A stretch of DNA of 20,000 bases, taken from NCBI GenBank assembly GCA_023150835.1, contig JAKLKB010000017.1, positions 108,587 to 128,586 on the forward strand, read 5' to 3'. The notes beneath the pieces were generated by a model. The model was not told the DNA's origin and did not search any database. It saw nothing but the letters and a program-made list of their open reading frames with translations. Below are positions 16,341 through 20,000 of this stretch, piece after piece. The position numbers and the translations under genes are program-made. Within the stretch, counting starts at the first letter, position 1. Every line of letters begins with the position of its first letter. The stretch is from Myxococcota bacterium (GTDB taxonomy: Bacteria; Myxococcota_C; UBA6777).

Positions 16341-17957
16341 GTGCGAAAAAAGGCGAAGAGACAGCGCGGGTGGCTTGGTGATGTACGCAAAGGGGGCGCG
16401 CTGCTGGTGTGCTTGTTGTTGGGTGGGGGGATGGTGGGGCCTTGGGCGTGTAGCGCACCGTTTGATGGGGTGGCGATGCGCGAAGTGGCGATGGGTGTAG
16501 CGGTTGCGGGCTTTCAGGTGGATATGGGATGTCCGACGGAGTCCGCAGAAAGCTGTGAAGATCGCAATTCGGACTGGTACCAGTGGGTGACGACACCTGA
16601 GATCATCGAAAACAAGGGGCTGTTTTCGAGCGGAGATCCGATCTCGTACAGCCCGGGGATGTGGGAGCTTTATGAAAAAGATTTTCAGATGGCGAAAGAG
16701 GGTCTTGGGATCAAGAGTTTTCGGATGAGTATCGAGTGGAGTCGGATCTTTCCGAAAACGACGGAAGGAACGACAGGATACGAAGCGCTCAAGAAGATCG
16801 CCGATGCCAAGGCCATCGATCGCTATCGCAAGATGTTTCAAGCGCTCCGAAAGAACGGCATCGAACCGTTGGTGACGATCCATCATTATACGATGCCGCT
16901 GTGGATCCACGACGGTGTCAGTTGTCACAAAGATATCAAGGGATGCAAAAACAGAGGATGGGCGGAGCCGTCGCGGTTGATCCCCGAGATGGCGAAGTTT
17001 GCGGGCTTTGTGGCCGAAGAGTTTGCAGGAGAGGTCGATCGTTGGGTCACGCTCAACGAGCCGCTGGCGATCGTCTTGCCGGGGTATATGCAGCCGACGC
17101 AGACGCGCACCAATCCGCCCGGACTGTCCTTTCAATTCGATATCGCCAAACAGGTGATCAAGGGGATGATCCAAGCGCACGCCCAGATCTACGACGCGAT
17201 CAAAGACAAAGACAAAAAAGATGCCGATGGAGACGGCAAAAACTCGGTGATCGGCATCGCTTACAACGTCACGCCTTTTTTGCCCAAAGATCCCAACAAC
17301 AAAGTCGACGTCGACGGAGCCAAAAACGCCAACTATCTCGTCAACAAGGTCTTTCTCAACGCGATCTGCCAAGGCAAGTTCGACGAGGCGTTGGATGGAA
17401 CGCAGGTCGATCGGCCCGAACTCAACCGCCTCGACTTTTTGGGCATCAACTATTACGGCTCGGTGACGGTTCCCGGGATCGTGGGGTCGCTGTATCCGGA
17501 CTTTTCAAAGCTACTGACGTTTAACCCTTTGGAATTCAAACAAGAAGTGGTTGCGCCCAAGGTGCTTTACGAAACGCTGGTCGATCTCAAGTCTTGTGGC
17601 CGACCGATCATGATCACCGAAAACGGCGTGGAGATGCGTACCACCGAAGATCAACAAAAGATGGTGGGCTATCTGGTGCGCCATCTGTTTTGGATCGCTC
17701 GGGCCAATCTCGAAGGAGCCAAAGTCGAGGCTTACCACTATTGGTCTTTGATGGACAACTACGAGTGGAATCATGGTCTGCATCTCAAGTTTGGTTTGTA
17801 TGCGGTCGATCCGAAAGATGCACAAAAGAAGCGGGTGGCGCGCCCGGGTGTTGCGGCCTTTAAGCAGATCTCCGATGCAGGTGGTCTGCCCCGTGCCTTG
17901 TTGCTGGAGCATCTCACCGCAGATGAAAAAGCTCTGATTCCCGATATCTTGAAGTGA
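16341..17957 (+). CDS. Glycoside hydrolase family 1 (beta-glucosidase/galactosidase), predicted lipoprotein
   Basis: AGFQ, FRMSIEWSRIFP, TLNEP (acid/base), FLGINYY, ITENG (nucleophile), WSLMDNYEW. GGAGGT RBS; signal peptide ends PWAC. Confidence 0.93.
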   Translation: MRKKAKRQRGWLGDVRKGGALLVCLLLGGGMVGPWACSAPFDGVAMREVAMGVAVAGFQVDMGCPTESAESCEDRNSDWYQWVTTPEIIENKGLFSSGDPISYSPGMWELYEKDFQMAKEGLGIKSFRMSIEWSRIFPKTTEGTTGYEALKKIADAKAIDRYRKMFQALRKNGIEPLVTIHHYTMPLWIHDGVSCHKDIKGCKNRGWAEPSRLIPEMAKFAGFVAEEFAGEVDRWVTLNEPLAIVLPGYMQPTQTRTNPPGLSFQFDIAKQVIKGMIQAHAQIYDAIKDKDKKDADGDGKNSVIGIAYNVTPFLPKDPNNKVDVDGAKNANYLVNKVFLNAICQGKFDEALDGTQVDRPELNRLDFLGINYYGSVTVPGIVGSLYPDFSKLLTFNPLEFKQEVVAPKVLYETLVDLKSCGRPIMITENGVEMRTTEDQQKMVGYLVRHLFWIARANLEGAKVEAYHYWSLMDNYEWNHGLHLKFGLYAVDPKDAQKKRVARPGVAAFKQISDAGGLPRALLLEHLTADEKALIPDILK

Positions 17958-18006
17958 GCACGATCGCCTAGATGATCTTTTTGGAACTCCAAAGGAGACT
18001 TTTTCG

Positions 18007-19653
18007 ATGAACCCGTATTCGTCCATGATGTGGCGTTATCCGCACCCCACTCCGATCTTACCGGACTTTCCGATGCCAGAGTCGACCGAAGAGATCGAGG
18101 AATTCGCTCGTGTCCAGAGCCGCTTGCCTGAGTTATTTCGCGAAGTGTTTCCCAACCCGCTTGCACCGCGTACGGTGGTGGTGATCCCCAGCCTAAGCCT
18201 CGATCAGTCCGAGCTCAAGAAAGTCTCGGGTGTTCATCATTATGAGGAGCGGATGCTGTGTATGCTGATGCTCTTGCGTTTGCCGTGTACGCGGGTGATT
18301 TATATAACGAGCCAGCCGATCGTTCCAGCGGTGATCGACTATTATTTGGGGCTGTTGTCGGGGATCCCGGGGGCGCATGCACGCAAGCGCTTGTTGCTGT
18401 TTAGCTGTCACGATGCGAGTCCGACGCCATTGACGCAAAAGATCTTGGCGCGTCCGCGTCTTGTGCAACGCCTGCGAGAGTTGGCGAGCGGCGGCGAACA
18501 CAACCACATGGTTTGTTTTAATTCGACGCCACTCGAGCGAACGCTTTCGGTGCGACTTGGTTTGCCGTTGTATGCTTGTGATCCTGCCTTGTCGTACCTT
18601 GGCTCAAAGAGCGGAAGCCGCGAGGTATTTCGCGAGGCGGGTGTGTTATTGCCCGATGGATTCGAGAACTTGCGTGATGAGCGCGATGTAGTGGAGGCGT
18701 TGGTGACGCTCAAACGCCGTTATCCAGAGATGCGGCGGGCGGTGGTGAAGCTCAACGAAGGCTTTTCGGGCGAAGGCAATGCCTTGTTTTCGTATGGCGA
18801 TCTTGACGCAAGATCCGAGGACTTGGAGACACAGATCCGACAGCGTTTGCCGAGCCTGCTGCGTTTTGAAGCGAAGGATGAGACATGGCCTCGTTTTTCC
18901 CGAAAGTTCGAAGAGATGGGTGGGATCGTCGAGTGCTTTGTGGAGGGGGAGATCAAACATTCGCCTTCGGTGCAGTGTCGGATCAATCCGCTCGGTGAGA
19001 TCAACGTGATCTCTACGCATGATCAAGTCTTGGGCGGTCCTTCGGGGCAGATCTTTTTGGGCTGCACTTTTCCTGCAAAAGGCGAATACCGCTTGGACAT
19101 CCAAGAGGCAGGGGAGAAGATCTCGCGTGTTTTGCGAAGTCGCGGTGTGATGGGGCGTTACAGCGTGGACTTTATCTCGATCCCCCAACCTGACGGGACG
19201 TGGGAGCATTACGCCATCGAGATCAACTTGCGCAAAGGCGGAACGACGCATCCCTTTATGACGCTGCAATTCTTGACCGATGGTTTGTATGATCTAGAGA
19301 CGGGTTTGTACAACACGCCTTCGGGCCAGCCGCGCTTTTATTATGCGTCGGACAACTTGGAAAGCGAAAGCTATAAGGGCCTTGCTGCCGAGGACTTGAT
19401 CGATATCGCGGTGTATCACGGGCTGCATTATCACGGAGCCACGCAGCAAGGCGTGGCTTTTCACTTGATTGGGGCGCTCTCCGAGTTCGGCAAATTCGGT
19501 GTTTTGTGCATCGGTGATACGCCCGAAAAAGCCTACGAGCTTTACACCAAAACGGTCGAAGTGATGGATGGTGCCACCAAACAGGCGCGGGGAAAGAATG
19601 TGCGTGTGTTTTCGATCCTCAACGAGGCCCAAGCTGCCGATGTCAACGGATGA
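18007..19653 (+). CDS. ATP-grasp protein, peptide ligase PGM1-related
   Basis: VVVIPSLS, HHYEERML, GSKSGSREVF, VVKLNEGFSGEGNA, SPSVQ, STHDQVLGG, AIEINLRKGGTTHP. AAAGGAG RBS. Confidence 0.82.
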   Translation: MNPYSSMMWRYPHPTPILPDFPMPESTEEIEEFARVQSRLPELFREVFPNPLAPRTVVVIPSLSLDQSELKKVSGVHHYEERMLCMLMLLRLPCTRVIYITSQPIVPAVIDYYLGLLSGIPGAHARKRLLLFSCHDASPTPLTQKILARPRLVQRLRELASGGEHNHMVCFNSTPLERTLSVRLGLPLYACDPALSYLGSKSGSREVFREAGVLLPDGFENLRDERDVVEALVTLKRRYPEMRRAVVKLNEGFSGEGNALFSYGDLDARSEDLETQIRQRLPSLLRFEAKDETWPRFSRKFEEMGGIVECFVEGEIKHSPSVQCRINPLGEINVISTHDQVLGGPSGQIFLGCTFPAKGEYRLDIQEAGEKISRVLRSRGVMGRYSVDFISIPQPDGTWEHYAIEINLRKGGTTHPFMTLQFLTDGLYDLETGLYNTPSGQPRFYYASDNLESESYKGLAAEDLIDIAVYHGLHYHGATQQGVAFHLIGALSEFGKFGVLCIGDTPEKAYELYTKTVEVMDGATKQARGKNVRVFSILNEAQAADVNG

Positions 19654-19803
19654 TCTCCACCAACCCCAATCTGCCGATATCAACGGATAATCTCCACCAA
19701 CCCCAATCTGCCGATATCAACGGATAATCTCCACCAATCCCAATCTGCCGATATCAACGGATAATCTCCACCAATCCCAATCTGCCGATGTCAACGGCTG
19801 ATC
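19634..19803. repeat. 37-bp tandem repeat, ~4.5 copies, no spacers
   Basis: Unit CTGCCGATRTCAACGGATRATCTCCACCAAYCCCAAT starting at 19634, 19671, 19708, 19745 and partial 19782. Confidence 0.95.
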
Positions 19804-19809
19804 GGGCTT

Positions 19810-19865
19810 GTGACTTATACGGGCTCCGCTCGTTGTGTGATCGTAAGGATGTAGGGGCAGACCCC
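19810..19865 (+). repeat. Family E module, copy 3, interrupted in its REP hairpin
   Basis: GACTTATACG end, then TCCGCTCGTTGTGTGATCGTAAGGATGTAGGGGCAGA, matching the reverse complement of 7509-7553. Confidence 0.75.
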
Positions 19866-20000
19866 ATAGGCGTTAGGTTAAGCGCTTGTTGGCCCCCCCA
19901 CCCCAGCCCTCCCCCGTGAACAGGGGAGGGAGCGAAAGTCGGAAGCAGCGGGGATTTTGTTTTTTCATGACACACGCTGTATGCACGACGCGCAGACGCT
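19866..20000. mobile_element. MITE-like element (family C), second copy, truncated by window edge
   Basis: Matches 7805-7937 with about 5 substitutions and 1 indel. Confidence 0.8.

Noticed and set aside
16299-17372. 357-aa minus-strand ORF
   Set aside because: Antisense shadow of the GH1 gene.
19650-19727. 25-aa ORF (MISTNPNLPISTDNLHQPQSADING) overlapping the ATP-grasp stop (ATGA) as a possible precursor peptide
   Set aside because: Entirely derived from reading a 37-bp non-triplet repeat through shifting frames; no independent coding evidence.
19634-19803. CRISPR array (37-bp repeats)
   Set aside because: Units are head-to-tail with no unique spacers, overlap a CDS end, and there are no cas genes.

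Overview
Bacterial genomic window, moderately GC-rich. Gene content suggests a Myxococcota/deltaproteobacterial lineage (inference). It is mostly a mosaic of unrelated genes: 3' part of an ArnT/GT39-like glycosyltransferase, a hypothetical protein, long-chain acyl-CoA ligase, an orphan PilT-like ATPase, a lipoprotein carboxylesterase, two SAM methyltransferases, a VIT-vWA gene broken by an apparent internal deletion, a Cys-rich repeat lipoprotein, a receiver-domain protein, endonuclease V, a secreted GH1 and a PGM1-like ATP-grasp protein. The most unusual signal is non-coding. Intergenic regions 7431-8069, 9131-9507 and 19810-20000 are built from several families of small palindromic modules that are concatenated and nested. 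They include GTAG-type REP hairpins bounded by TAGGACTTAYAC inverted ends, and a ~218-bp element with TAGGTTAAG ends that appears to insert into GGGG-loop-CCCC hairpins, duplicating 18 bp. No transposase, CRISPR array or RNA gene was found. All calls come from reading motifs by eye; no database search was run.
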